Source: Gemmatimonadales bacterium (GTDB lineage: Bacteria; Gemmatimonadota; Gemmatimonadetes; Gemmatimonadales; GWC2-71-9). Taken from it: a stretch of 64,000 bases of DNA. This document shows positions 50,921-61,610 of the stretch, piece by piece. The stretch covers positions 672,001-736,000 of the forward strand of contig JBBCJC010000003.1 of NCBI GenBank assembly GCA_037189525.1, given 5' to 3'. A program made the position numbers and the translations under genes. The notes beneath the pieces are model-generated. The model was not told the DNA's origin. It saw nothing but the letters and a program-made list of their open reading frames with translations, and ran no database searches. Position 1 is the stretch's first letter. Each line of letters starts with the position of its first letter.

Positions 50921-52419
50921 ACGGCCTCGACCTCGCGACACCCGCCGGCGTGATGCTGGCGTTGTTGCCGGAACTCGTCGTCATTGCAGCAAGCCTGGTG
51001 GTTCTGCTCGTCAACGCCTGGCGCCATCAGACGGCCGCCGATTCGCGGCTGGCGGGCTGGATCTCGCTGACCGGGATCGTCGCCGCGCTGGCGGCGCTCG
51101 CTGCGCTCTGGCAGTCGGGAGCCAGCCCGATCGGCGCGCCGCACATGGTTGCGCTCGACGGGTATCGCTTTGCCGCGCTGGCGGTCATTCTCGTGGCCAG
51201 CGCAGGGACCATCCTGCTTTCGCTCGACTACAACGAACGCGAGTCGCTGATTGCGCCGGAGTATTACGCGCTCCTGCTGATGGCCACCGCGGGGATGATG
51301 TTCCTTGCCGGGGCTGAAGACCTGATCGTGTTCTTCCTCGGGCTCGAGGTGATGTCGATTCCGGTTTACGTCCTGGCGGCCTTCAATCGGCGCAGCGTCG
51401 TATCGGCGGAGTCCGGCCTCAAGTACTTCCTCGTAGGCGCCATTGCCTCTGCGTTCCTGCTGTATGGCATTGCATTGATCTATGGCGCTACTGGGTCAAC
51501 CGCGCTTACGGCTATCGGGGCGAGCATCGCCACGCATGGCGTGACGCCGCTCGCGGCCATCGGTGTCGCCCTCGCGCTGGTCGGGATGGGCTTCAAGGTG
51601 GCGTCGGTGCCGTTCCACATGTGGGCGCCGGACGTCTATGACGGTGCCCCCACTCCGATCACGGCCTACATGGCGACCGCGGTCAAGGCGGCGGCGTTCG
51701 TCGCACTGGTGCGCCTCCTGATGGTCGGGTTCGGAACCGAAATCGACAGCTGGCAGCCCTTGGTCGGTGCGCTGGCGGCGGCCTCGATGATTCTCGGTAA
51801 CCTGGTGGCGCTGGCGCAGCGGTCGCTCAAGCGCATGCTCGCATACAGCTCGATTGCGCACGCGGGGTACATCCTCGCGGCTGTCTGGACCGGCAGCCAG
51901 GCCGGGGCCAGCGCCACGCTGCTGTACCTCACGGCCTATGTCATCACCAGCCTCGTGACCTTCGGAATCCTCAGTGTCCTGGGTCGCGGTGGCGAGCGGG
52001 AAGTGACGCTCGATTCGATTGCCGGGCTGGCAGCGCAGCGACCGGCCGTCGCGTTTGCGCTGAGCGTCGCGATGTTCTCGCTGCTGGGCTTTCCCGGAAC
52101 CTTCGGATTCATCGGGAAGTGGGCCATCCTGTCCGCCGTGGCGGCGGAGCATCAGTACTTCCTGGCGATCGTTCTGGTCCTCACCAGCATCGTATCGGTA
52201 GGCTATTACCTTCCGGTCGTACGGGCGATCTATATGAAGTCGCCGGTGACCACCGACCAGCACGCCCATGTGACGTTGCCGGCGCCGGTGCGCTGGACCG
52301 TTGCGGTCGGCGTGGCCCTGGTCTTGCTTTTCGGGGTGCTGCCGGGCGTGGCGATTCAGAGCTCGGATGCGAGTGCCAAGTCTTTCGCCGGTACGGCATT
52401 GGATCGCATCAGCAAATAG
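50917..52419 (+). CDS. nuoN: NADH-quinone oxidoreductase subunit N
   Basis: ESGLKYF, PFHMWAPDVYDGAP, KRMLAYSSIAHAG. Confidence 0.97.
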   Translation: MNGLDLATPAGVMLALLPELVVIAASLVVLLVNAWRHQTAADSRLAGWISLTGIVAALAALAALWQSGASPIGAPHMVALDGYRFAALAVILVASAGTILLSLDYNERESLIAPEYYALLLMATAGMMFLAGAEDLIVFFLGLEVMSIPVYVLAAFNRRSVVSAESGLKYFLVGAIASAFLLYGIALIYGATGSTALTAIGASIATHGVTPLAAIGVALALVGMGFKVASVPFHMWAPDVYDGAPTPITAYMATAVKAAAFVALVRLLMVGFGTEIDSWQPLVGALAAASMILGNLVALAQRSLKRMLAYSSIAHAGYILAAVWTGSQAGASATLLYLTAYVITSLVTFGILSVLGRGGEREVTLDSIAGLAAQRPAVAFALSVAMFSLLGFPGTFGFIGKWAILSAVAAEHQYFLAIVLVLTSIVSVGYYLPVVRAIYMKSPVTTDQHAHVTLPAPVRWTVAVGVALVLLFGVLPGVAIQSSDASAKSFAGTALDRISK

Positions 52420-52432
52420 CGGAAGGTGGGAA

Positions 52433-52455
52433 GGGGCGGGCGCCAGGCCCGCCCC
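52433..52455 (+). other. GC-rich hairpin after nuoN (no U-tract)
   Basis: GGGGCGGGC-gccag-GCCCGCCCC perfect 9-bp stem. Confidence 0.5.
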
Positions 52456-52506
52456 GCGTCACGACCTCCCGCACGGACCTGTTACTGCGGCGGTGAGCAG
52501 CCTTCC

Positions 52507-53877
52507 ATGCAGATACCCAAGAATATCTTTCGCCAGTATGACGTCCGCGGTCTCGTCGATCGCGAGTTGACGCCGGAGTTTGCACGCGCCCTCGGGCGCG
52601 CCTTTGCATCGGCCGGGTGGACGAAGCTGAGGCGCGCGCCGGTCATTGCGGTGGGGCGCGACAACCGCCCGTCCGGCGATGCGCTGGCCCGCGGGGTCCG
52701 CGCCGGTATCGTGGACGCGGGTGCCACGGCAATCGACGTCGGGATGGTGCCGACGCCGGCGCTCTACTACGCGGTGCACCACCTCAAGGCCGACGGCGGC
52801 TTGCAGGTTACCGGGTCGCACAATCCTCCCGAGTTCAACGGCTTCAAGATGGTGCTCGCCGGCGAAGCCATCCACGGCGACGCGATTCTCGACCTGTACG
52901 ATGTCATCATGGCCGAGACCTGGAAAACGGGGCAGGGCAGCGAGCGGGTCGACGGCTCCATTCTCGAGGCCTACGCTCACGCCATCGTCAGCCGCCACAC
53001 CCTCGCGCGACCGGTCAAAGTCGTGGTCGATTGCGGCAACGGCGTCGCCAGCCTCATTGCCGAGAAGGTGCTGACCGCACTCGGCTGTGAGGTGACACCG
53101 CTGTTCTGCGAGTCTGACGGGACCTTTCCGAATCATCACCCCGATCCGACCGTCCCGGAGAATCTCGAAGATCTCGTCCTTGCGGTGAGGCGGACCGGCG
53201 CCGAACTGGGTGTCGCGTTCGACGGCGACGGCGACCGGATCGGTGCCGTCGATGAGCACGGCACCATCATCTACGGCGACCAGCTCCTGGTCGTGTTGGG
53301 CCGCGATGCGGTACGCCGCTTCGGTCGTGATGTGCCGGTCATCTTCGACGTCAAATGCTCTGAGGTCTTGCCTCAGGCGCTTCGTGAAGCCGGTGCGCGT
53401 CCGGAGATGTGGAAGACCGGCCACTCGCTCATCAAAGCGCGGATGAAGGAACTCGCCGCGCCGCTCGCGGGTGAGATGAGCGGTCACATCTTCTTCGGCG
53501 GCGACTACTTCGGGTTCGACGACGCGCTGTTTGCCGCCGCCCGTTTGCTCGAAATCGTAGCGGCGGGCCCGCCCGGGCTGCACCGCCATCTTGCGGACCT
53601 GCCGACCACCTACGCGACGCCGGAGATTCGGGTCGACTGTCCGGATGACGTCAAGTTCGGCGTGGTCGAGGAGGCCGCTGCGCACTTCGGGTCGCAGTAC
53701 GAGGTCAATACCATCGACGGGGTCCGGATTGCCTATCCGGACGGGTGGGCGCTCTTGCGCGCCTCCAATACCCAGCCGGTGTTGGTAATGCGGTTCGAAG
53801 CAACCAGCGAAGCTGCGCGCGATCGCTATCAGGAGGAGATGCGCAGCTGGCTCAGGCAACGAGGGGTCGAGGGGTAA
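52507..53877 (+). CDS. Phosphomannomutase/phosphoglucomutase (AlgC-like)
   Basis: IFRQYDVRG, TGSHNP, FDGDGDR, GEMSGH, RASNTQP. Confidence 0.96.
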   Translation: MQIPKNIFRQYDVRGLVDRELTPEFARALGRAFASAGWTKLRRAPVIAVGRDNRPSGDALARGVRAGIVDAGATAIDVGMVPTPALYYAVHHLKADGGLQVTGSHNPPEFNGFKMVLAGEAIHGDAILDLYDVIMAETWKTGQGSERVDGSILEAYAHAIVSRHTLARPVKVVVDCGNGVASLIAEKVLTALGCEVTPLFCESDGTFPNHHPDPTVPENLEDLVLAVRRTGAELGVAFDGDGDRIGAVDEHGTIIYGDQLLVVLGRDAVRRFGRDVPVIFDVKCSEVLPQALREAGARPEMWKTGHSLIKARMKELAAPLAGEMSGHIFFGGDYFGFDDALFAAARLLEIVAAGPPGLHRHLADLPTTYATPEIRVDCPDDVKFGVVEEAAAHFGSQYEVNTIDGVRIAYPDGWALLRASNTQPVLVMRFEATSEAARDRYQEEMRSWLRQRGVEG

Positions 53878-53882
53878 TCTTG

Positions 53883-56288
53883 ATGCCGTCCGGTCGGCGC
53901 CGCCTGGTGTGGGCCGGTGTGGTTGCCGTGGTCGTGCTGGTGCTGGGGCGCTGGATGGCGGTGTTTGCCACCGAGCGCCTCTGGGAAGCCAGCGTGTCGG
54001 AAGCCGCGGCACTGGTCGGAACCCGGTTTGCGCTCTATCGAGCCGGGCTGGAACTGGCCGGACTCGTGGTCGCCATTACGTGGTTTGCGGGACATTTCGC
54101 GTGGGTCGCCCGATCCATCGTGAAGCAGGGAGGGGCGGTTCCACGCCCCTTTGCGCACCTTTCGGAACGTCTCCTCTATCAACTGGTCATAGCACTCGGT
54201 GTCGTCGTCGGGGTCGGTGTCGGCGGGGGAACGGGGCAGTGGGCTCACATCGTCCTGCTCAGCGGGCAGGATCTGACACTCGGCGTGACCGACTCGCTGC
54301 TCGGGGTCGACCTGGGTGTGTTTGCCGCCGGCCTCCCGCTCTGGGAACTCCTCTATAGCCGGGCCGTTGCGCTGGTGCTGCCGGCGCTGGTCGGGGTGGT
54401 GTTGCTGGCGACCGTCGGTGGTCTGCTCCGCCTCGACACCCGCCGCATCCGGCTGATGGCCGGGGCTCGTCGCCAGCTGGCGGGACTGCTCGTGCTGGCC
54501 GGTTTGTTGATCGCGTGGGGCTATGCCCTGGAACCGTTCCGGCTCGCCGCCAGCGAGAGCGCCCAAATGGGACCGGCGGAGTTTCTGCTTCGGACCACCG
54601 TCAGCCAAGTCGTGAGCGGCCTCGCCATCCTCGCCGCGGTGCTCACCTTGCTCTGGGCGTTCCGGCTTCGCGTCATTGTCGCCATCGGCGGGTGGGTTGG
54701 CCTGGCCCTCGCTGCGCTGGGCGGGAGCATCCTGGTCCGTTCCCGGACCACCGACACACCGCTGGCCACGGCCGAGTTGCAGGCGCTTCGCCGGGTCGAC
54801 TCGGTGGCGGTCGGTGTCCGGCTCTCACAGGCCGAGCCGGCCCGAATTCCCGCGACCCCGCCATCCCTGTGGGACCGGTCGTCCCTGATGAGCCTGGCCC
54901 GGGCCGACACGGGGGGCACCATCGATGCCTGGCCGGGTGCGATCGTACGGCCGGATACGACCTGGCCCGCCTGGATGGTGATTCGCGCCCGTGATGCGGC
55001 CGATCCGGAGCTGCTGGCCGTGCCCGACGATCAGATCAGCCCGTCGGGCGGGCTAGTCTCCTTACGCCCGGGCACCAACGAGGTCACACCGGGTGCCTAC
55101 CGGCTGGAGACGCTCGCCCGGCACGATGTCCGTCCCGGCGCCCCCGCCCATGTCGTGTCGCCCAACGCCTCCGGTGTGGCCCTGTCGAGCGCGCCTCGGC
55201 GGCTGGCGCTGGCCTGGTCACTCCAGACCGGCGGTCTGCTTGGCGCGTCGCCGTCGGACCGAGTGGCCTGGAGGCTCGATCCGTTGATCCGCCTGGGTGG
55301 GGTGGCCCCGTTTGCGGAATGGGAGAGCCCGCGGGCCGCGCTGATCGACGGCGAGCTCTTTTGGGTTGCGGACGGCTACCTTGCGGTGCCGCGCTTCCCG
55401 GTCAGCCGCCTAGTGCGGTGGCGGAGCGGCCAGGTCGGCTACCTGCGGGCCGCCTTCGTGGGCGTGGTCCGGGCCAGTGGCGGGCAAGCTCGGGTCCACC
55501 TCCGACGCGATGCCGATCGGGTGGCGCTGGCCTGGGCCCGGGTCGCGGCGCCGCTGGTCGAACCGGCCGAGACCGTGCTACCTGCGCTGGCTCCGCTGAT
55601 CGGGGTGCCACCCCTTGCCGCGGCTGCGCAGGCTCATGTCCTGGCCGGACCGGCGTGGCTCGACGTGACCGTGGCCGCGGGCAATCGGGAGTCGTACCCG
55701 GTGTTTGCTCCGCAGATGCTCGGCACGGTCGAGCGCCCGTTCCTCATTCCCTTGATGCGCAGCAACGGGCAGCGCCTGGCGGGGCTCCTTCAGGTGCCGG
55801 ATTCCAACGGCGGCGCGGCTTATTTGAGCGTCGATAGCGCCCTGGCGGTCGGAGCGCCGCGCGACCTGCAGGCGCGTTGGGAGCGCTTCCCGTTCTTTCA
55901 GCAGCTGCGGGATTCGGTCCGCGCCGCCGGCTCGGAGCTGACCTTTTCGCTGATCCGCTTCGGCGCGATCGGAGACACCTTGATCGCCTATCAGCCCGGC
56001 TACGCGTTAGGCCCCGACGCGCGAGGCGGCATCGTTCTGGTCAACGTGGCCTTGGCCCAACGGCTCGGCGGGCAGCGGACCTACGACGAAGCGTGGCGCA
56101 ACCTGCGCGGCGAACTCGGCCCCGACGCCCTGGTCAGCGATCCGGGCGCCCGGCTCGATCGGGCCCGGTACTGGCTCGAGCGCGCCGACGCGGCGCTGGT
56201 GCGGGGCGACCTCCAGGAATTCGGGCGCGCCTTTGCCGCCCTCCGGGAGCTGATCCGAGCCGGGCGGAGCCCGCAAAATACGCCGTAA
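53883..56288 (+). CDS. Divergent UPF0182-family membrane protein
   Basis: About 7 N-terminal TMs incl. DSLLGVDLGVF; VAPF...GELFWVADGY, YLR; C-terminal ADAALVRGDLQEFG helix. Confidence 0.7.
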   Translation: MPSGRRRLVWAGVVAVVVLVLGRWMAVFATERLWEASVSEAAALVGTRFALYRAGLELAGLVVAITWFAGHFAWVARSIVKQGGAVPRPFAHLSERLLYQLVIALGVVVGVGVGGGTGQWAHIVLLSGQDLTLGVTDSLLGVDLGVFAAGLPLWELLYSRAVALVLPALVGVVLLATVGGLLRLDTRRIRLMAGARRQLAGLLVLAGLLIAWGYALEPFRLAASESAQMGPAEFLLRTTVSQVVSGLAILAAVLTLLWAFRLRVIVAIGGWVGLALAALGGSILVRSRTTDTPLATAELQALRRVDSVAVGVRLSQAEPARIPATPPSLWDRSSLMSLARADTGGTIDAWPGAIVRPDTTWPAWMVIRARDAADPELLAVPDDQISPSGGLVSLRPGTNEVTPGAYRLETLARHDVRPGAPAHVVSPNASGVALSSAPRRLALAWSLQTGGLLGASPSDRVAWRLDPLIRLGGVAPFAEWESPRAALIDGELFWVADGYLAVPRFPVSRLVRWRSGQVGYLRAAFVGVVRASGGQARVHLRRDADRVALAWARVAAPLVEPAETVLPALAPLIGVPPLAAAAQAHVLAGPAWLDVTVAAGNRESYPVFAPQMLGTVERPFLIPLMRSNGQRLAGLLQVPDSNGGAAYLSVDSALAVGAPRDLQARWERFPFFQQLRDSVRAAGSELTFSLIRFGAIGDTLIAYQPGYALGPDARGGIVLVNVALAQRLGGQRTYDEAWRNLRGELGPDALVSDPGARLDRARYWLERADAALVRGDLQEFGRAFAALRELIRAGRSPQNTP

Positions 56289-56297
56289 GTCTTGGTA

Positions 56298-56326
56298 TTG
56301 TTTAGGCTTACCCGGTGAGCTACTTT
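56298..56326 (+). promoter_or_regulatory. Putative sigma70 promoter of sucCD
   Basis: TTGTTT-N17-TACTTT, overlapped by dyad GTAAGTCT...AGGCTTAC. Confidence 0.55.
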
Positions 56327-56394
56327 TGGGCCGCATGTCGGGTCCTCGGGGCTCGACCTCCGAGAGTCCATTTGCCAAATGAGATGAGCGGAAC

Positions 56395-57534
56395 GTGAAC
56401 CTTCACGAATATCAGGGTCGCGATTTATTCAGAGCGGCCGGCATCCCGATGCCCGACGGCGGCGTCGCGACCACGCCGGACGAAGTCGCGGCAATTGCAG
56501 AACGATTGGGTGGAACGGTCGTCGTCAAAGCGCAGGTCCATGCCGGCGGCCGGGGTAAGGCGGGCGGGGTCAAACTCGCCAAAGGGGCCGCCGAAGCGCG
56601 GGCCCACGCCGAGAAAATCCTGGGGATGACGATCAAGGGGCTGGTGGTCGAGCGCGTGCTCGTCGTACCCGCGGCCGACATCGCAACCGAGAGCTACGTC
56701 GGTCTGATTCTCGACCGCGAAAGCCAGCGGCCGTTGTTCATGGTCAGCTCGGCGGGCGGTATCGATATCGAGGAAGTCGCGGCACAGACGCCGGAGAAGA
56801 TTCAACGCCTGGCGATCGATCCTCGCTACGGCGTCCTCCCGCATCAGTCGCTCGCCCTCGCCCTCTCGCTCTACTCCGATTTCAAACAAGTCCGCGCCGC
56901 CGCCCGCATCATCGAACAGCTCTACCAGGTGTTCATGCAGTCGGGTGCATCGCTGGCCGAAATCAATCCGCTGGTCACGACGCCGGACGGGCAGGTGCTC
57001 GCGCTCGATGCCAAGGTATCGATCGACGACAACGAGCTCGATCGTCGTCCCGACCTGGCGGCGCTGCGCGATGAGAGCGCCGAGGAGCCGAGCGAGGTCG
57101 CTGCGCGGCGAGCGAACCTGACCTTCATCAAGCTCGACGGTAACGTCGGGTGTGTCGTCAACGGCGCCGGACTGGCCATGGCGACGATGGACCTGGTCAA
57201 GTACTACGGCGGCGATCCGGCCAACTTCCTCGACATCGGCGGCAGTTCCAATCCGGAAAAAGTCGTCAACGCGCTGCGCATCATTACCAGCGATCCGGCC
57301 GTCAAAGTCATTCTCTTCAATATTTTCGGCGGGATTACCCGGACCGACGACGTGGCCAACGGAATCGTGACGGCGACCAAGCAGTTTGCGGTCAACGTGC
57401 CGATCGTGATTCGTCTGACCGGCACCAACGAGCGAGAGGCCGTGCAGATTCTGACCGGCGCCGGTATGACGGCGCTCAACGACATGGATGAAGCCGTCAA
57501 GCAGGCCGTGGCGCTGGCGCAGGAGGCCCGATGA
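56395..57534 (+). CDS. sucC: Succinyl-CoA synthetase beta subunit
   Basis: [32 protein letters not shown]. Confidence 0.98.
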   Translation: MNLHEYQGRDLFRAAGIPMPDGGVATTPDEVAAIAERLGGTVVVKAQVHAGGRGKAGGVKLAKGAAEARAHAEKILGMTIKGLVVERVLVVPAADIATESYVGLILDRESQRPLFMVSSAGGIDIEEVAAQTPEKIQRLAIDPRYGVLPHQSLALALSLYSDFKQVRAAARIIEQLYQVFMQSGASLAEINPLVTTPDGQVLALDAKVSIDDNELDRRPDLAALRDESAEEPSEVAARRANLTFIKLDGNVGCVVNGAGLAMATMDLVKYYGGDPANFLDIGGSSNPEKVVNALRIITSDPAVKVILFNIFGGITRTDDVANGIVTATKQFAVNVPIVIRLTGTNEREAVQILTGAGMTALNDMDEAVKQAVALAQEAR

Positions 57535-58418
57535 GCATTTTCGTCAATCAAGCGACCCGGCTCGTCGTCCAGGGCATCACCGGACGCGACGGTTCGTTTC
57601 ACAGCAAGCAGATGCTGGCCTACGGGACCAACCTCGTTGCGGGTGTCACGCCGGGGAAGGGCGGCCAGACGTTCGAGGGCTCCGTTCCGGTGTTCAATAC
57701 GGTGGCAGAAGCGGTTCGGGAGACCGGAGCCAATACCTCCGTGATCTACGTGCCCCCGATGATGGCGGCGGGCGCCATTGCCGAGGCCGCGGACGCCGGG
57801 ATCGCGCTGATCGTCTGTATCACCGAAGGCGTGCCGGTTCTCGACATGACCAAGATCATGCCGTTCGTGCGTGATCGTGGCGCGCGGCTGATCGGTCCCA
57901 ACTGTCCCGGTTTGATCACGCCGGGCGTGGCCAAGGTCGGCATCATTCCCGGCCAGATCTGCTTGCCCGGCCGCGTCGGTCTCGTGTCGCGGAGCGGCAC
58001 CTTGACCTACGAAGTCGTCAATCAGCTCACCAAGAACAAGATCGGGCAGAGCACCTGCGTCGGCATCGGCGGCGATCCGATCATCGGCACCAACTTCATC
58101 GACGTGCTGAGCGCCTTCCAGAACGATCCGGAGACCGATCTGATCGTCATGATGGGCGAAATCGGCGGGACCGATGAGCAGAAGGCCGCCGCGTTCGTCA
58201 AGGAACACGTGACCAAGCCGGTCATCGGCTTCATTGCCGGACAGACCGCGCCGCCGGGCCGCCGGATGGGCCATGCTGGCGCTATCGTCTCGGGGTCGTC
58301 GGGTACGGCCGCCGAAAAGATCGAGGCCTTCAAGGCCGCCGGAATCGGGGTTATGGAGCGTCCGGTGGACGTGGTCCGTCTCGTCAACGAAAAGCTGGGT
58401 GCCAAGGCCGGGCGTTGA
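57531..58418 (+). CDS. sucD: Succinyl-CoA synthetase alpha subunit
   Basis: [28 protein letters not shown]. Confidence 0.98.
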   Translation: MSIFVNQATRLVVQGITGRDGSFHSKQMLAYGTNLVAGVTPGKGGQTFEGSVPVFNTVAEAVRETGANTSVIYVPPMMAAGAIAEAADAGIALIVCITEGVPVLDMTKIMPFVRDRGARLIGPNCPGLITPGVAKVGIIPGQICLPGRVGLVSRSGTLTYEVVNQLTKNKIGQSTCVGIGGDPIIGTNFIDVLSAFQNDPETDLIVMMGEIGGTDEQKAAAFVKEHVTKPVIGFIAGQTAPPGRRMGHAGAIVSGSSGTAAEKIEAFKAAGIGVMERPVDVVRLVNEKLGAKAGR

Positions 58419-58461
58419 GCCCGGCCAGGGATCCGATCGACAGTCTCGTCAGGGAGAAGAC

Positions 58462-58893
58462 ATGGCAGGTCGTCAGACGTTGGGAATCGTCAAGCCGGAC
58501 GCGGTGGCGAGCGGCAATCTCGGGAACATCGTGGCCAACCTCGAGCAGCGGGGCTTTACCGTGCGGGCAGGCCGCCTGACGCGGCTCTCCAAGGCGCAGG
58601 CCGAGGCGTTTTATGAGGTGCACCGGGGCCGGCCGTTCTATGTGGAACTGGTCGATTTCATGTGCAGCGGACCGTGCTTCCCGATGGCGCTCGAGGGCGA
58701 CGACGCGGTGGCCGCGTTTCGGGCCGCCATCGGCGCCACGGACCCGGCCGAGGCGGCGCCCGGCACGATCCGAAAGCTGTATGCCGAATCGAAGGGCAAG
58801 AACGCGGTGCATGGCTCGGACAGCGACGAGAACGCCGCCCGGGAAATCGCCTTTTTCTTCCCGGAATCCGAGCGCGCCGGGCTCTGGGGGTAG
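58462..58893 (+). CDS. ndk: Nucleoside diphosphate kinase
   Basis: [22 protein letters not shown]. Confidence 0.97.
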   Translation: MAGRQTLGIVKPDAVASGNLGNIVANLEQRGFTVRAGRLTRLSKAQAEAFYEVHRGRPFYVELVDFMCSGPCFPMALEGDDAVAAFRAAIGATDPAEAAPGTIRKLYAESKGKNAVHGSDSDENAAREIAFFFPESERAGLWG

Positions 58894-58919
58894 GGCCCGG
58901 ATCGGCGGGGCGGATCGGC

Positions 58920-58948
58920 TTGCTGTAACCCCGCGTCCGGAATAGCTT
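58920..58948 (+). promoter_or_regulatory. Putative sigma70 promoter of yceD-rpmF-plsX-fab operon
   Basis: TTGCTG-N17-TAGCTT, 8 nt before ATG. Confidence 0.55.
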
Positions 58949-58956
58949 TAAAGGCT

Positions 58957-59421
58957 ATGCTCCGAATCGATATTCGTGAGCTCCATCGGGGGCCAGTCGA
59001 TACCGTCGGGTCGCTTTCGCCCACGGCGCCGCTGTGGGAAGGGCTGGAACTCGAGTTTGCCGGTCCACTCTCGGTGTCGGGCCGGCTCGAGGCCAGTAGC
59101 CGGGACGACTACCGGTGGCGGGGCCGGATCCGGGGCGAGGTGAAGGTTACCTGCCGCCGGTGTCTGACGGAGTTCGTCCAGGCGGTGGATACGCCGATCG
59201 AGGCGTTGTTTTCCGCCAATCCGGACCTGGAAGACGACCCGACCGTGTACCTGCTCGAGGAGCCGGTGACGCACGTCGACGTCTCCGATGCAATCCGGGA
59301 GGAGTTGGGCCTCGCGCTGACGGGCTACGCGCTCTGCCGCGAGGATTGTGCGGGGTTGTGTCCGCACTGCGGAGCAGATTTGAACCAGGGCCCCTGTGGG
59401 TGCGGGCCCGTGTCATCCTAG
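58957..59421 (+). CDS. yceD: YceD/DUF177 family protein
   Basis: CRRCL, LCREDCAGLCPHCGADLN; precedes rpmF. Confidence 0.93.
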   Translation: MLRIDIRELHRGPVDTVGSLSPTAPLWEGLELEFAGPLSVSGRLEASSRDDYRWRGRIRGEVKVTCRRCLTEFVQAVDTPIEALFSANPDLEDDPTVYLLEEPVTHVDVSDAIREELGLALTGYALCREDCAGLCPHCGADLNQGPCGCGPVSS

Positions 59422-59430
59422 GGGAATCCC

Positions 59431-59610
59431 ATGGCAGTACCGAAGAGAAAGACCTCGAAGTCGCGCAAGCGGATGCGTCGCAGTCATCATTCCGCTCCCT
59501 CCGCCGCGCTGCAGGCGTGCGCCCGGTGTGGCTCACCGCGTCTCCCGCATCGGGTTTGCGGGTCGTGCGGGTACTACGCCGGTAAGAAGCGTATCCCGGT
59601 CGAGGATTGA
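59431..59610 (+). CDS. rpmF: 50S ribosomal protein L32 (zinc-ribbon form); absent from the ORF track
   Basis: Own translation: MAVPKRKTSKSRKRMRRSHHSAPSAALQACARCGSPRLPHRVCGSCGYYAGKKRIPVED. Confidence 0.97.
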   Translation: MAVPKRKTSKSRKRMRRSHHSAPSAALQACARCGSPRLPHRVCGSCGYYAGKKRIPVED

Positions 59611-60623
59611 CGAACGTGGTTCGCGTCGCCGTCGACGCGATGGGCAGCGACCACGCGCCTTTGACGGAAGTCGAAGGCGCGGTTCGCGCGCTGGCGGAGC
59701 TTCCGCCGACGTTCGTCGTTCAGTTGGTCGGTCCCGTCGCCGAGCTCGAAGCGGCGATTGCTGCGCATCCGGGCGTCGACCGGACGCGGCTGATGGTCGT
59801 CGATGCGCCCGAAGTGATCGGGATGGGTGAGAAGCCCCTCGAAGCGGTGCGCAAGAAGCGGAAGAGCAGCATCGTGGTCGGCCTGGGTCTCCAGTCCGCC
59901 GGTCATAGCGATGCGTTCGTGTCGGCCGGAAACACCGGCGCCATGCTGGCCGCGTCGACCATCGTGCTCGGTCTCCATCCCGGCGTCGAGCGGGCCACCG
60001 TCGGCACGCTGCTGCCCAGCATCGACGGCCCCGTCCTGATGCTCGACGCGGGCGCCAATCTCGATTGCTCCGCTCGTGAACTCGTCGGTTTTGCCATGCT
60101 CGGCGCCATCTACATGCGCGACGTGCTGAATCGCCGCTCGCCGACCGTCGGGCTCCTCAACGTGGGTGAAGAAGAGGGCAAGGGCACGGCGACCATCAAA
60201 GAAGCGCACGAGTTGCTCAAGCAGGCCACCGGCTTCACCTATCTCGGCAACATCGAAGGACGCGATATCCTGGGCGGCCATGCCAAGCGGGGCCGCGTCG
60301 ACGTCGTCGTCTGCGACGGCTTCGTCGGCAACGTGGTTCTCAAGTTCTACGAATCGGTCCTCGGCCTGATTCGTCATCTGGCCGACGGCGAGGGTCTCTG
60401 GGAGCAGCCCGCTGCGCAGCGGGCGTTTCGGTCTCTCGACTACTCGCAGTACGGCGGCGCGCCGCTCCTGGGCGTCAAAGGCCTCTCCATCATCTGCCAC
60501 GGCAGCTCAAACGCCAACGCAATCATGAACGCGATTCGGGTCGCGGTCCATGCGGTCGAACGCGGCTTGAACCAGCATATCGGGCTCGAGTTCGCCGGCC
60601 ACGAGGCCCTGGGCCAGGCGTAA
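59607..60623 (+). CDS. plsX: Phosphate acyltransferase PlsX
   Basis: AVDAMGSD, SAGNTGA, LLNVGEEEGKG, CDGFVGN, GGAPLLG. Confidence 0.97.
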   Translation: MTNVVRVAVDAMGSDHAPLTEVEGAVRALAELPPTFVVQLVGPVAELEAAIAAHPGVDRTRLMVVDAPEVIGMGEKPLEAVRKKRKSSIVVGLGLQSAGHSDAFVSAGNTGAMLAASTIVLGLHPGVERATVGTLLPSIDGPVLMLDAGANLDCSARELVGFAMLGAIYMRDVLNRRSPTVGLLNVGEEEGKGTATIKEAHELLKQATGFTYLGNIEGRDILGGHAKRGRVDVVVCDGFVGNVVLKFYESVLGLIRHLADGEGLWEQPAAQRAFRSLDYSQYGGAPLLGVKGLSIICHGSSNANAIMNAIRVAVHAVERGLNQHIGLEFAGHEALGQA

Positions 60624-61610
60624 ATGCGCACTCCGATCGCCCGGATCGCCGGGATCGGCGCGGCGGCGCCGGTCGAAGTGGTCACCAACGCTGATCTCGA
60701 ACGGACTCTGGATACCAGCGACGAGTGGATCGTCGAGCGTACCGGCATCCGTGAGCGCCGCCGTCTTCCTGCGGACCGAGCGCTGTCGGATCTCTTCGTC
60801 GAGGCCTCTCGCATTGCGCTCGAGCGCGCCGGGCTGCCGTTTACCGCCATCGACACCATCGCCTGCGGAACCGTGACGCCCGATCGGCGGCTGCCGTCGA
60901 CCGCGTGCGAAGTGCAGGCCAAGCTGGGCGGCGGAACCGCGGCGGCGTTCGACATCTCGGCGGCGTGCCCCGGCTGGCTTTACACCCTGACGATTGCCGA
61001 GGGGTTGATCGCGAGCGGAGCCAGCCAGCGGGTCCTGGCACTCGGCGGCGACCGCCTCAGTTCGATCACCAACTTTGCCGACCGTAACACCGCGGTGCTG
61101 TTCGGCGATGGGGCAGGCGCCGCGGTGCTGGTGCCCGCGACCGACGAACGCGGGATCCTGGCCACATCGGTTGGTGCGGATGGGTCGCTGGCCAATCTGC
61201 TCTACATCCCGGAGGGCGGCTCCTCGATCCCCCCGACGGAGGCAGGTGTCCGCGACAGCCTGTACACCATCCGGATGGCCGGCCGCGAGGTCTTCAAGGT
61301 CGCGGTCCGCCGGATGGCGCAGGCCTGCCACCAGGCGTTAGGCAAGGCGGGCGTGCGGGCGGAAGACATCGACCTGCTGGTGCCCCATCAGGCCAACATC
61401 CGGATCATTCAGGCGACCGCCGGCGAGGCCGGCGTGCCGCTCGACAAAGTGATGATCAACATCGACCGGTACGGCAACACCTCGTCCGGATCGATTCCTC
61501 TCGCGCTGGCACAGGCGGAGCAGGAGGGGCGGCTCAAGCCCGGCATGCTCGTGTTGCTGGTGACGTTCGGAGCCGGATTTACCTGGGGAGCGGTGGTGAT
61601 CCGATGGTAG
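60624..61610 (+). CDS. fabH: 3-oxoacyl-ACP synthase III
   Basis: DTSDEWI, AAC, FGDGAGA, PHQAN, GNTSS, FGAGFTW. Confidence 0.97.
   Translation: MRTPIARIAGIGAAAPVEVVTNADLERTLDTSDEWIVERTGIRERRRLPADRALSDLFVEASRIALERAGLPFTAIDTIACGTVTPDRRLPSTACEVQAKLGGGTAAAFDISAACPGWLYTLTIAEGLIASGASQRVLALGGDRLSSITNFADRNTAVLFGDGAGAAVLVPATDERGILATSVGADGSLANLLYIPEGGSSIPPTEAGVRDSLYTIRMAGREVFKVAVRRMAQACHQALGKAGVRAEDIDLLVPHQANIRIIQATAGEAGVPLDKVMINIDRYGNTSSGSIPLALAQAEQEGRLKPGMLVLLVTFGAGFTWGAVVIRW

Noticed and set aside
48278..50941. 887-aa antisense ORF, and similar long shadow ORFs (966-2675, 17581-19179, 25796-27382, 29804-32122, 33063-35042, 52459-54012)
   Set aside because: They mirror well-conserved genes on the opposite strand. 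High-GC codon bias suppresses antisense stops, and they show no recognisable motifs.
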